In this document: piece after piece, positions 1 through 13,516 of the stretch | Position numbering within the stretch: the stretch's first letter is position 1 | Layout: each line of letters opens with the position of its first letter | Source of the DNA: Paragordius varius | Lineage: Eukaryota > Animalia > Nematomorpha | Direction: 5' to 3' | Assembly (NCBI GenBank): GCA_964247055.1 | Contig: OZ176055.1 | Coordinates: 1,178,001-1,242,000, forward strand | DNA length: 64,000 bases | Notes under the pieces: generated by a model | Databases searched by the model: none | What the model was told of the DNA's origin: nothing | The model's input: the letters and a program-made list of their open reading frames with translations, nothing else | Position numbers and translations under genes: made by a program

Positions 1-3000
1 TCACGCGCAAGGGATTGTTGGCCCCACTTCAGATATACCCTATTACCACGTGACCGAAGACAATTTTGCATTCTTTGGACCACCTGACCCATCACGTGAT
101 CCCGGACCAGTCAAATGGACCAAGCCTTACTTTGACTGCAGACGATCTAATAAATGGATTGTTTCAGCCTCAACTCCTGTCATAGATTACTTCCCTAGAC
201 ATACTATATGGCGCCATCTCCGGAAACATAAGTTAGTTGTTAAACCTAAAGAAAATTACATTGATTTATAATTTACAATACTTTCCATCGTCTCTACTAA
301 TTAAAATTTTTGATAAATATCCGCTTAGAATACCAGCGCACTTACTAATCTAAATTTTTGTTTTTAATTATATGTCCTGTGAGTTTCATAACACTGTAAT
401 CAAATTCTGGCTAAATCAAAAACAAATCTTGAAAACAGTCTTCGTACTTTAATAGATATCTGAAAAAATATAATTTATTATCAAATCTTAACAAAACTTT
501 AGTCTTATACATTACCTCCCCCCTACCTATAATTTGCAAAAATAATGGAATATTCGAAGTGGTCGACGAATATACATATCTAGGAAGAATTATCAACATA
601 TCATGCCTTAGCTTACATGATATAAAAAGACGTATTGCTATATTCAAATGCATTGAATTTATATAATTAATTATGCACAGGACATGCATTTACAAACAAA
701 AATTTGAGTAGTTTTGCAATAACTCAATCTAATAAAACTTATTTTATCACTTTGTGTTCAGATACGTTGCCGTGACAACAACCGATATCGATTTTAATCG
801 AATCGATATAAATCCGTGTCCAAAGATGGCAGGTAATGAAGCCCCAAACATTTTTGCTGGGATAGCTAGGTGTAAGAATACAACCGTTGTAAGTCACCAT
901 AAAAATTTTAGAAAATTAATTTAAATATATACATGTTGCTAATGTGTTTAAATTAAGAATTTAAGTTATAAGTTTCAGACGCAGTTATTTTAAACTAATT
1001 TCAGACAAATATATGTAAAATTCTACACCTCAAATTTACCCTTGCACATTTCAAATTCACCCTAAAAATTAATTATGTTTTTGGGCCATTCTATATACTA
1101 ATTATTTCTGTATGGCATCTCATCTTAGTTTTTATATTCTGTAAACAGGAATTTATTTATTTTTTCAAAAACAAATCTAAAATGTATATGTTTTTTATTT
1201 ACAAATACATAATTTGTTTTTAGGGTTTATTTTTAATGTTTACGAATATTCCAAAGTTTAAGGGTGAACTTCAAATATTTGGGGTTGAAATTGATGTAAA
1301 TGATATATTATGCATATCCTTAATTTTATTTTACATATGTTAAAAATTATATTTTTTTGTTTTAAATTTTATATTTACATTGGCAAAATATAAATGGAAT
1401 GTAAGTTTAGTTAGTTAAGTTAAACGAAAGTTTTAGATTTTCAAAAAATAATTTCATAAATTTTGCGATGACATCAATTTACAACCGAACGTTTAACACA
1501 CGACATAAATATAATCAACGTCATCAGTTTATTTATAAATTTATGTAAATTACAAAACATTCAAGGAAAAAATATGAGGAGATTTTTTCTTTGTTAAATA
1601 CGATTGATATTTTGTAAAAAAATATTCTAATCTCGGTACCGTAACTGAAAACGTGTTAAAAATCGGTGAGTTTCATAAAATAGTTATTAGCTTAAGCTTT
1701 TTATTTCAAACCCATATACGGTATGCATTTTATTGGTTGATTATTTCACACTATAGCAGGACAATTTGCAACGCCGAAGTTTGTATCAAAAAAACAACAA
1801 AATGTTGAATTGACAAATTAACTTTCTTTCTTTTTCCCATACACTACTGTGTTAAAAATCGCCCAACTATAGTTTAGTGTGAAATAAGCAACCATTAAAA
1901 TGCATACAATATTGCTCTTTCGAATTTCCAAATGCTCGCAAAAATCAATTGTTTTTTTCCTCCGTAAAAAAGTATAATGGTTTTTGTTTCAAAAAAATTG
2001 TTTTTTTTAACAATTCATTTAAAACACATTGTATAGTGTGAACCGTTGTCGGGTTATGGGTTTCGAAGGGGTGGTTATCAATGCGTATGTAAACCCAATC
2101 ATAGACTTCCACCCCTGCAAAAAGGTCCCTTTTTGGGCGAACACATTGAAAAAGCTACACAGCGCGAATATGAAATGTGGTATGATTGTATCCCGAATGG
2201 AAGTATAAATCTTATTAATTTTGCGTTTTAGAAAGATATTTTAAATATTTTGCAGTTTTTTGAATTTGAAATCTTATTGTTTGTTGCAAAAAACAATTTA
2301 ATAATATTTTTCTTTGATGGGAATTGCCTTTAGTTTAGTTTAATAGAGGGCTTTGTTCAAAGTTTGATTCAATAATTGGAATGATAGTTGGTTTGACTTT
2401 AAAATCGGAAAACACCATTAAAATTATAATGGAATTGACATTTAAAAATAATATTTTTATACTGTTTGGAAATGTAAGCCAGAATAAATTTTGATACTTA
2501 TTTTTGTAATATGTTTAATTGGATTATTGAAAATTATTTTTCATTACATAATTAGAATTGATCGTTTTTTTTAAATTATTAATAAAATAGGAGTTGAAAC
2601 ATACCCATTTCCAAGCCAGGTTGATGATGGGGAAGAATTTAGCCCTTTATTTGAACGTAGCAGTACCAGGTTTAATTGAATAAACATATATACCATTTAC
2701 AATTCAATTTCACCCTTGAACAATTCAAATTTACCCTTGAACAATTCAAATTTATCCTCGAACAATTCAAATTCACCCTCAAATAAATTATATGTTTTTT
2801 GGGATTAAAAATTACCAATATTTTATATATTTTTAAAAAATAAAAATTTTGTTTTAAATTAAAATAATACTGAAGAAAATAATAAACTATAACATAAACA
2901 TATATTTCATATTAATAATGAGTTATATTAGTTCGAAAATACATGATTTATTTTTAGGGTGAATTTGAATTGTTTAAAGGTAAATTTGAATTGTTTAAGG

Positions 3001-6000
3001 GTGAATTTGAATTGTTCGAGGGTGAATTTGAATTGTTCAAGGGTGAATTTGAACTGTAAATAATATATGATGATTATTACAGTATGCATTTTAATGATGG
3101 CGCTTATTTCACACTATAGTAGGGGGCAAATCGCATCACAGGAATGTATGGAAAAAAAGATAGGAAATAATGGTTTATTTAACATTTTGTTGTTTTTTTC
3201 CATACACGACTGTGTTGCAAATTGTCCAATTATAGTGAGAAATAAGGAACCATTTAAATATGCATACTCTAAATTTTTTCAGCTTTTTATATAAATTTTA
3301 AAAATATTTTGGAGGTTTATATAAAAATTAATTTTGAGGGTTATTATAGTTTATAAGTAATCCAAGAGATTTAGATAATGTTACGAATCTTAATTTTTTG
3401 CATTAATTAATTTAATTTTCATTAAATAGTTAAATATCGAGGTTTTTTTATTATCTTATAATCGGGATATAAAAATTTGTTAATCTTTTTGTTAAAATTA
3501 ATTTTTTACACCCGTGGAAATTTAAATTTTTAACAATATGTATAAAATATGTTTTTATCATAACATTAGTTCAAACTACATGAATTACGCCAATTCTCAA
3601 ACTGGGTTATTATCGAACAATATGATAAATCCAATATTGCCAGAAAATGAAAATTTACAACATAAAAGGTCTATATTTGACTAATATTTTTGCAAATTTT
3701 AATATATTAATCTTATATCTACCCTAATAACACTGTGCAACACGATTTTTAGACCAGAGTAAAAATTACTACATCTTATAGAGAATTTTTTTCTGAAAAT
3801 AATGATATATTTAATATTTTCCTAGCACTTTTTCGCGAGCCGCTAAAAGGTTTCAAAAATCCAAAAACCATCAAAAATGCCTGTTTTTGTAACCCTATAA
3901 TTTTTTGAATTTTATAGCTTATTATTTATTTTTTGGAGGATATTACAAATTATATTTTAAAATTCATGTAACATTTTAAAATTTTTAAAAGTCTCTACTA
4001 CTTTTTGATTTATTTGGAAAAAACGAAACTTAGCTCCAAAAAAATAGCGTTTCAAAACAATGAAAAATTAAGAGACGTGCAGGCACCATACCATTTTTTA
4101 TACATAACAAAATGGAAAAATTTCATGTTTAATTAAAAAATGTAAATATTAATTTTAGGAATAAATTAGTATATTTATAGTATAATTAATAAAATAATAA
4201 ATATATAATATTAATTTGATATATATTATTTATAAATAAGAAATACTTTTAAACATGCAAATTTATTTATTATGTATTGTACGTGATTATATGAATCATG
4301 ATATTTTGTTTTTTAATATACGAAAGTTTTTTTCAACAAATAAAAATATAAACATGCAAATAAATATAAACTGAAATGTTGAACTAACAGAGCAAAAAAG
4401 GCATTCATTTGTTTTTTTCTTTCATAATAAATATATTCGTATATTGTGTCTTAATTAAAAATATTTTAATATATTTATAATTTTGAAATCATTTCTGTAT
4501 TAAATTTTTTAAAACCTTAGTAGTTTATAAATAAATTTACTTTAAAATAATAACAAAAATATATAATAACATAATTGAAATATTACTAAAAATCATATAA
4601 TATTAATTCAAACACAGAGTTTATTATCCATTAACATTAATAAATTTAAAAATATTATCATTTTATTAAATTTATTATTATAACATTAACACTTCGATTC
4701 AAATTGGGGTATCTAAATACCCCAGACTAAATTTAAATTAATATTTTTAAAAAATACAGAAGGAAACGGTCCCAATTTAAATTTATGCTTCTATCTTGAT
4801 AGAAATTATATAAATATGCCAAAATATCTTGATAAAATTTTGTTTTGAAAAAAAAGTTCCATCTCAAACTACTTCGCGCCATTTTTATTTTACAAAATTT
4901 TTGCAAAATATCGTCTTCATTTGATTTTAAAGGTAAAACTAAAGCTAATTTTTTATATAATTTACATCTAACATTGATTGAAATAGAAAAGCGGTTTATT
5001 TTGTATTATTTTTTAATTTTACAATTTGACACATGTCACGTTGACGAAATTTTTACCTTTGGGTTTAGCTTAAAATAAGTAATATCAAGTATTTTTGAAA
5101 ATTTTTTATATATTTCGGTTTATAAATGTTATATAAGTGCAAAATTTTGCCATGGTTTTGAATATTTCCATACTTTTTAAAGTATTTGTTTTTAAAAAGG
5201 CCTGGGGTATCCAACTACCCCAATTTGAATCGAAGGACTAAAATGAGTGTGTTGTATCCAAGTGTTAAATATATATTATTTTTCATATTTATAAAAAAGC
5301 AATTAAATTTTAGTATTTTAGTAATCTATAATGAAAAGCTGTCAATCAAATGATGCCAGTATGTCTCTTAATTTTTCATTGTTTTGAAACGCTATTTTTT
5401 TGGAGCTAAGTTTCGTTTTTTCCAAATAAATCAAAAAGTAGTAGAGACTTTTAAAAATTTTAAAATGTTACATGAATTTTAAAATATAATTTGTAATATC
5501 CCCCCAAAAAAATATAATAAGCTATATAATTCAAAAAGTTATAGGGTTACAAAAACAGGCATTTTTGATGGTTTTTGGATTTTTGAAACCTTTTAGCGGC
5601 TCGTGAAAAAGTGCTAGGAAAATATTAAATATATCATTATTTTCAGAAAAAAATTCTCTATAAGATGTCGTAATTTTCACTCTGGTCTAAAAGAAAAGGA
5701 TAAAATTTGTTGCACAGTGTAATGTATTTTTTTCAAAATATGTCGGCACTTTATAATACACTTTGCATTTTTTTAAGAAATCTTTGATAATATTTTATGT
5801 TTGATCAATTATTTTCCTATATATGTATCCTATGTTTTTACAACAAATAATCCATACTGTCTTTAAATCTAATTTACTACACTAATTTTTTACCTCTTTT
5901 TTTTTGTTTTCAAATTCAGGACAAAACGTTCCTCATACGCTCACAATGCTCATGAATACCTCAATACCTTTTTTCAAACCCTAAATAGTTTTGATAATCA

Positions 6001-9000
6001 ATGTGGAAATAGAAAAACCCAACATTTAAATGATTTATTAAGTGCAACGAAAAAAGCACTCTTTGGTATCGAAGAAGCCGTCATAAGCCAAGCCTACGCC
6101 ACGTTTGAAATGCAAGCTAAAATTGCGGATAGAACTGCCCATTTTTTAAGTTATTATCTGCAAAGAGTTAATCCTTATGACACCTTTACTGATCGGTAAG
6201 TATAACTGATTGATTTGTTTAAAAATATAATTATTTTAAGGAAAATAGTGATTATATTATAAAGACAAAACATTAAAACAAAACAAAATTCCAGCCTAGT
6301 TGATAGATAATGAATTATTAAAAAACGATTTCTTTATTTGTGACTGATAAAATACTGTAAAACACTAATATTTCCATCATTAGTGTAGGTCTTGGGGTAG
6401 ACGAGTAATAAAACTCCTGCAAAATTTTCTTGTAAATAAATTAAGCTCTCTCCTCGTAAAAATCTGAAAATAAATTTGCTCGAATTATTATTTAACAATG
6501 GCAAAAATGGGGGGCATACTTTCAACATAAGTTTTCCAAATTTTAGCGTTAATTATATTTCCATACATATTTTTGCTTGTATTTAATTATATTTTCCTTT
6601 ATAATTTTACATGTATCTGTTTATTAAAATAGATTAACAGATCAACTCTTAACAGTCGACCAATTGTATGGTGAAGTGTTGGCTAATGTTATGTCCGGTT
6701 ACAAAATAATTGGAAGTGGCATATTCTTTGATCATAATGCATTTCAGGCTCGTGATGGTACGTATTATTATAATAAAGTTCAATAAATCAAATTCACCCT
6801 TGAACAATTCAAATTCACCCTTGAACAATTCGAATTCATCCCTGAACAATTCAAATTCTTCCCTTAAACAATTTAAATTCACCCTTGAACAATTTGAATT
6901 TACCCCTAAAATAAATTATATGTTTTTTTTTTGAGATTAAAAATTACCTCTATTTTTTTATATATTTAAAAGAATGAAATTGCGTTTGTTATTTAAAGTA
7001 TACTAAAAAAATAATAAACTAAGCCATAAAGATATATTGGCTCGAAAACACATAATTTATTTTTTGGGTGAATTTGAATTGTTGGGTGAATTTTAATTGT
7101 TCAAGGGTGATTTTAATTGTTCGAGATTGAATTTAAAATGTTCAAGGGTGAATTTAAATTATTTGAGGGTAAATTGAATTGTTCGAGTGTGAATTTTATT
7201 GTTCAAGAGTGAATTTGAATTGTAAATGGTATATAAATAATAAAATAACAAAGTTTAAGGTTATAAATGTCATTTTTTGCTATTATATAGCAAATACTAG
7301 GGTTATTTGATACGAAATTAAAAAATATGGTTATTTACTTATTAAAATCCTACAGGCGTTTATAAGAAATTTAAGCATTTTAAAACTAGTAAGCTTTTTA
7401 AATTTCTTTTAAATAAATGAACATAGGCCCTATCCTTATATTTTACTGTATGATATTTTATATCGTTATATATCTATTAATGTTGATTTTTTTGAAAATA
7501 TACTGATTGTTTTAAACTACAAAGTATATAATAGAGATGAAAATTGGTAACACAATCAATTTTATATTTTACGATTGTAATTAAATGATTTTTTTGGATA
7601 TATTAAAGTTTATAAAAGTATGGTTGTCTTTTGAAAAAACATTTTTGTCTCCATATTTTTACGGGGTATGTCCGTATAATTTCAATTTTAATTCAATGTA
7701 CACTTACTAATACTCTACTTTGTATTAATTATTCAAATTATTTTTAAATTATAATGTACATAATTATTATTTATCCATAGGTATAAAAAGACCATTTTTT
7801 GCCCCATATGCTTATACCATGGGGGACAATGTCAATTTTTACACGATTGTTGACAGATCAGCTGATTCTTTGAATGGCCCGTTTTTTTCTCACCGCTCAG
7901 CCGCTGTTACGTCTGAGGGCGGATTTTGGTTTGATTATACGGAGGAATTACCCTACTTTCGTTTATCCAAAGAAAAATGGAGTACATTAAAGAGTTCATC
8001 AGATCCACGGTATTTTGTCATTTTTTTAAAAAAATAATATATTTAAAAAATTATAAATTTTTAATAGACGTTTTTATATAATTTTCTGTCTGACTTTGAT
8101 GCCCCACAAACAACCTCATAAAACTAATTGTAAGGAAGTGTGATTTTACAGAAGTGCTGTTAATTATTTGTTAAAAGGTAATGTACATGTAACTGTTGGC
8201 ATTTATCGTATTTTAGTGCTAAAAACACTAAATTATGTTTAATAAATACTATTGTCTAAGCTTTTAATTAATTGCATAGATTTATTTCTGAAATTTAATT
8301 TATAAAAAAATCTTGGCGAATGTATCCCCTCTTTCTTAAAACTACAGCTATTAAAAGTTAGTTATGAATCCATTTATTTTTTAGATTATCACGTTACAAT
8401 AATTACATACATATTCGTTCAAATCCGGCTGGTGATACGGTACAAAAATATGAAAATTTTCCTGATCCATATTACACTGCATCGAATGGTCAAGGCCGAT
8501 GGCATGGACCCTTTTATGTTTGTGACAATCAACGCGACAAAGGAAATGTTGAATTTAATACGCACCAAGATTTTTTCGACGATAATTCGTTTACTGCAAA
8601 ACGGAAAAGATCTACTATAAATGTGTTTAATCAAACTATTTCTTATAATAATGAAAACAATAATGAAAAACGATCGCCTCAAAGTGTCAGGAATGGTGGG
8701 AAATGGATTTTAACGTATGCTGTTCCATTTTTTGGATTAGCTAACCCACCAGCGCAAAATATGAATTTGGATGAAAAAACTGGGAAAAAGAAAGAGGATT
8801 TACAACTAAACACAATTAACAAACGTGAATATAATAGCCTGGCCTTTAAGTAAATGGATAATTAAAATCAATTAATATAAAACGTGAAAATTATTAAAAG
8901 AACATATTTCGCTCCTTGCTTTTTTACCATAACTATATAACTTATATTATTTAGATTAAAGGGTTGGCGACCCTTTTATGGAGGTGTGCGCCGTTTTTAA

Positions 9001-11568
9001 AATTAAAAAATTTTAGGCGAGCCCCACGCTTGAAAATATAATTAAAATAGTACTCTAAGTCAATATAATAGTATAATCATAAAATGGAAAAAAATTTACT
9101 CTAAACATTACATGCTACATAAAAAAATAAAAATAATAATGTGGCTATGATTAAGCAATTTTGCACATCTTTTCGTCTAAAAATAAAGCCAAACTTATGA
9201 GATATCATTTTCTTCATGACTATAATTGTTTATTTATTATATTCATTTATTAAAAATTGAACGTGATTTCTGTTTTTAAATAATCTTTGATAATTTACTT
9301 AAATCTGGTGGTGTTTTTAATACTAATCTGAACAAGTTTTGGCACGCTTACGGTTATACTTTAATTTATTTTTTTTGGATTTTTCCAAATTCTTTGGCAA
9401 TCATAAAAGCACACGGCTTGCCGAACTCTGCTTTAGATTATAAAATATAAAATAGATTCAGTTTATTATAGCGACTTAAAACCATAAGTATATACATAAA
9501 TTTAGATTGAAAAAATATGGTTTTTTATAGAGAAAAATATCGGTAATATTTTGTCTGTATTTTTATTTTTACTGTAAGTGATTTACGGCAATTGGTCAAG
9601 AAATAATTAAATAGGGTTCGACCGGTTATTAGTTTAATATCACAAACCAAAATTTATGTATGCATAATTTGCCTTAGGTTTAATTAAACTATTAAAATGA
9701 TAATTAGGTCTGACCGCTAATATATGCAATCATCATTTTCATAAACACTAAATTACATTTAAAAATGTTTCTCTTGTCACTATTACACGAACGAACATCA
9801 ATTAATCAAGCTGATATTAAAACTTATTACATAATTTTGTTAAAATAACTTTGAAATTATACCATTTACAATTCATATTCACCCTTAAACAATTTTAATT
9901 CACCCTCAAACACCCTAAAAATAAATTTTGTGTTTTTGGGCTGATATTATTTATCATTAATATGAAATATATTATTACGATATAGTTTATTATTTTTTTA
10001 GATTATATGGACAAGATTTTAACATAAATAATATTAACAGAATTTGATATTTTAAAAATATTAAAAAATAAAGGTAATTTTTAATTGTATAAAAACACAT
10101 AATTTATTTTAGGTTTGAATTTTTCAAGGGTTACTTTGAACTCTAAATAGTATATTATTGAAGTTAAATAACCATTTTTTTAGACCCATGTTTTAATTCT
10201 TCAGTTGGTTATTAAAGAGCTGTTAAACACCAGCTCAAATTATTTAATTTTGATTATTTGTTATTTTATATTTCGTTTGAATTTTATTAGGGGTATCGTA
10301 ACAGTTGATGTCCCCCTATCCGATATGGATATTAATCAATGTCCTTATGAATATGGCTTTGGTGCTGTTAATCCTTTCCAGGGTTCCGATAAATGCCATT
10401 ACGATTCTCAATATGTAAAACTCTAACTTTTATTTACAAAAGAATTTTTATATTAAATGGTTTAACTCAGAGTTAAAGAAAATTTTGTTTAACCAGTTAT
10501 TAGGTATCAATTCTTAAATAAGGCAGTAGTATAACTTACAAATATTTTTCATATTTAATTGAATCAATCATAGATATAACTGGTATCCCGAATTCTGAAT
10601 TATATTCTTATCCTTAATTATTATCAGTTTTTCGGATATCATCCCTTAAACTTTGTATCATTCTAGAGGGATCTTCTTTAATTTATATGTTAATATAGTA
10701 TAATACAACCAAAAATTATAAAAAATTTTATTGGTTTTAGTGCGTTTTCCTACCTGGGAAAGGGTTAGTTCGAGGAGCATATAAATGTGAATGTCGCCAA
10801 GGATACGAATACCCTTTCAACATGCCCAAAACATATTTTGAAGGAGATGTAATATATATTATCGCAATTTTATCCAAAAAAAATATTTTTACAGTAAAGA
10901 TTGAAATTAAACGGACAAATCGTAAAAATATAAAGACAAATATTTATCTTTAGTAAAATAACTGTGCCTTTTTAACTTGATTCATTTGAATATAACTCAT
11001 TGTTTTACAGTAAGATTTGAAATTTTTCATACAAAACTTAAAATTTATATAGACAAATATTTATTTTTCAAAATACAACCATACTTTTTTACACTTTCAT
11101 TTATCTTATAAAAAACATTTAATTACAGTCGTAAATACATAATTGATTGTGTTATTAATTTACTTTCTATCCTATACTTTGTGGTTTGAAACAATGAGTT
11201 ATATTTAAAAAAATCAAGGTTAAAAAAGTATGGTTGTCTTTGTGAAAAAAATATTTGTCTTTTTCACGTTTTGTCCGTATAATTTCCATTTTAACTGTAA
11301 ATTGCAAAGTGTGAAGTTAAATAATTTTATAGGAAAAAAATTAGGTTTTAAAAAATAAAAAAAATTTTGATATAAAATTTATTTTTTTTGTGTTTTTTTC
11401 TAGGAAATGGAAACTGAATATGAACGGATGAAACGAAATAAAAGCCATCGATATGATCTCTTTAAGTGCCGTATAGCGGGTGCCACATTTATACGTCCTA
11501 AATCAATTTTTGTAACAATATTTTTGACTGGAGTGACTTTTTTCCTGGCAAAAATTTGTCATTTTTAA
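1..11568 (+). CDS. 5'-incomplete multi-exon gene for a GPR158/GPR179-like ectodomain protein: two tandem Cache-like + EGF-like modules, no 7TM, C-terminal hydrophobic tail (possible GPI signal)
   Basis: Frame-consistent exons: <1-231, 762-888, 2037-2202, 2591-2669, 3570-3668 (optional, 99 nt), 5920-6195, 6633-6757, 7781-8009, 8385-8849, 10291-10414, 10741-10848, 11404-11568 (TAA); about 730 aa visible. Module 1: VKWTKPYFDCRRSNKWIV...DINPCP...CEPLSGYGFRRGGYQCVCKP. Module 2: GRWHGPFYVCD...KWILTYAVPFFG...DINQCP...DKCH...CVFLPGKGLVRGAYKCECRQGY. Both resemble the GPR158 ectodomain pattern (W..PY..C, DI.QC...F.G..KC, G...G.Y.C.C). Ends CRIAGATFIRPKSIFVTIFLTGVTFFLAKICHF*. The two linker exons (2591-2669, 3570-3668) are supported by phase only. 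Confidence 0.8.
2691..3065. mobile_element. TA-flanked MITE (family B) with 21-bp subterminal tandem repeats; other copies ~1020-1295, ~6780-7231, 9860-10152, ~28170-28385, 32019-32258, ~39385-39600, ~46085-46359, 50087-53581 (split by the RTE)
   Basis: Termini TACCATTTACAATTCAAATTCACCC / GGGTGAATTTGAATTGTAAATGGTA; unit TTGAACAATTCAAATTCACCC repeated 2-7 times per arm. Confidence 0.82.
3731..5719. mobile_element. Non-autonomous DNA element with ~360-bp terminal inverted repeats
   Basis: 3731-~4085 is a near-identical reverse complement of ~5358-5719 (CACTGTGCAAC...GTTGCACAGTG|TA); the AT-rich interior holds a family A MITE and no coding capacity. Confidence 0.8.
4686..5268 (+). mobile_element. 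piggyBac-type MITE (family A), ~580 bp, nested in a long-TIR element
   Basis: TTAA|CACTT...AAGTG|TTAA; internal inverted repeat CGATTCAAATTGGGGTA / TACCCCAATTTGAATCG placed asymmetrically (abutting the left end, about 27 nt from the right end). Confidence 0.85.
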
Positions 11569-12559
11569 CCTCTATTGATGTGATAAAATATATTTTTATG
11601 CATTTAAATAACAATGTATTTATTACCTTTGTAAAAAACCATGTGATATATTTTTATATTATATTCTCAATTTTTGGTGTTTTATATTCACACATGCTCA
11701 TTTTGATCGATCCAATCATTATACTCAGAAATATTTTAGATATAATTATATAATAATTTGGAACTATAAATATGCCATGCTCAATATATATTGCTATATT
11801 TTTAATTTTTTAATATAAAATTTACATCTCACAGCTAAGTTTAAACATTCTGAAATCACGCCAAAATTCGGTCTATTTTAACAAACTATTAATATTATTT
11901 TATTTATCGAATATACCATCATATTTCTGTCTTATGTTTAAAATGCATTTTATTAAAAATATCAAAAAATATATAGGTAAATTTCAAAACACATAATTTT
12001 TTTAAAAAGGATGAAGTGTCTAAGGGTAATATTAAAGCGTTCAAGGATGAATATGAGATCTTAATATAATAAATTATTTATGAAAAGCAGGGTTTTTAAC
12101 TACGGTTATTGTTTGATTTTTGTATTTAATTAAGGTGCCATATTAGTTTAACAAGTTTTGTTAAATTCAAGGATACATCTATCATGCGGCACTTTGCCAG
12201 AAAACATTAATCTAGGTTCATTTTCTACATATAAAGGATTATTTTATGCAGTATAAAAGTTGATGATCTACCATTTTTCAGTTAAAATAAACCTTTTTTT
12301 TCATCCAAATGCAACATAATTTCAAACAGGTGCAACATTTTTCAACAGACAATAGAATTGTTGCGTTTGCTTATTTAAAAAATGTTGAATTTAGCTGAGA
12401 AATGATATGCTAAATAAAATATTTATTATAATAGAAATTATTTATAAGATATATTTAATTTTGTTTATTTTGTCATGGATTAACTTTGGCCATATGCTAT
12501 GGTATACATTCGCATACTGAAACAGGAAGAAACGATCAATTATGTATTGTTATTTATTA

Positions 12560-12793
12560 CAGTCATGTATCCTTTATTTTATCAAAAATTTATTTATTTT
12601 TTCGTTAAATGGGTATAAATATTTGGTAAAGAATGGAAAAAACAAAAGCTCTATGGTAACTCTTATACTTTTTTGATGAATATGATATTGTTAATACCAT
12701 ATAGCTCTTGTTTTTTCCATTCTTTACCAAATATTTATACCCATTTAACGAAAAAATAAATAAATTTTTGATAAAATAAAGGATACATGACTG
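12560..12793. mobile_element. Young TA-flanked MITE with ~95-bp near-perfect TIRs
   Basis: TA|CAGTCATGTATCCTTTATTTTATCAAAAATTT...AAATTTTTGATAAAATAAAGGATACATGACTG|TA. Confidence 0.85.
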
Positions 12794-13516
12794 TAAAACT
12801 ATATTTTACAAAAAAACATGTGTGGTTTAATACATAATGTGGCGATGTTATAGGGACTGCTCTATGATCATAAAATATGATTAAAATTAGGATTATTGAA
12901 ATATATATATTTCAATTAATATTATTATATAAGGTATATTTTTTGCATCGTAGTTAGATGCCACTTTTTACATTTTTGGTGCATACTTTAATTATAAAAA
13001 AATATTTTCATGTTTTGCCCTCTCGTTTATTAATTTATAAAAACAAATTATATACGTTAAATATGCAAAAACCTTAAATAAAATCTGAAGTTTACTTGTG
13101 GATTAAAAATTCATGAGGTCGTCCTCAATCTTCTTAGTTAAAATATATTTTTTTGGTTGTTAAGGGTGCTTAGCTTGTCAAATATCCTAACACACTAATT
13201 AATAAAAGATTAATTAAATATATATATATATATATATATATTATATTGATGACAAAGTTTACTTGTGTTTTCATTGATGGTAAGTTATTAATTATTTATA
13301 ATTTTATTAGCATAATTGTTTATTTCATTTAATTCATGGGATGTCAAAAAAGTATATCTGGTTTGTAAATTTTAGAATTAAACTAAATATATTTATTTAT
13401 TTGTTAATAAAAGGAAAATCGATACGGTTGGTTTTGGATTCAAATTAATATGTCATTTTATTAAATTTTTTAAAAAATAAAATAATTATGTGTGTTAATA
13501 TCAATTTTAATAAATA

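Noticed and set aside
2691-3065. Regularly spaced 21-bp repeats resembling a CRISPR array or iterons
   Set aside because: No unique spacers, inverted arrangement on two arms, TA-flanked, many dispersed copies, eukaryotic context.
4845-5078. ORFs 4845-5078, 61099-61281, 61495-61749, 62002-62193
   Set aside because: They lie within or start in family A MITE copies; the frames are not preserved among copies and show no transposase motifs.
6649-6934. Overlapping ORFs with heptad-like repeats (NNSNSPL / ELFKGEF)
   Set aside because: They are translations of the 21-bp subterminal repeats of a family B MITE running on from a real exon; the splice donor at 6758 explains the gene.
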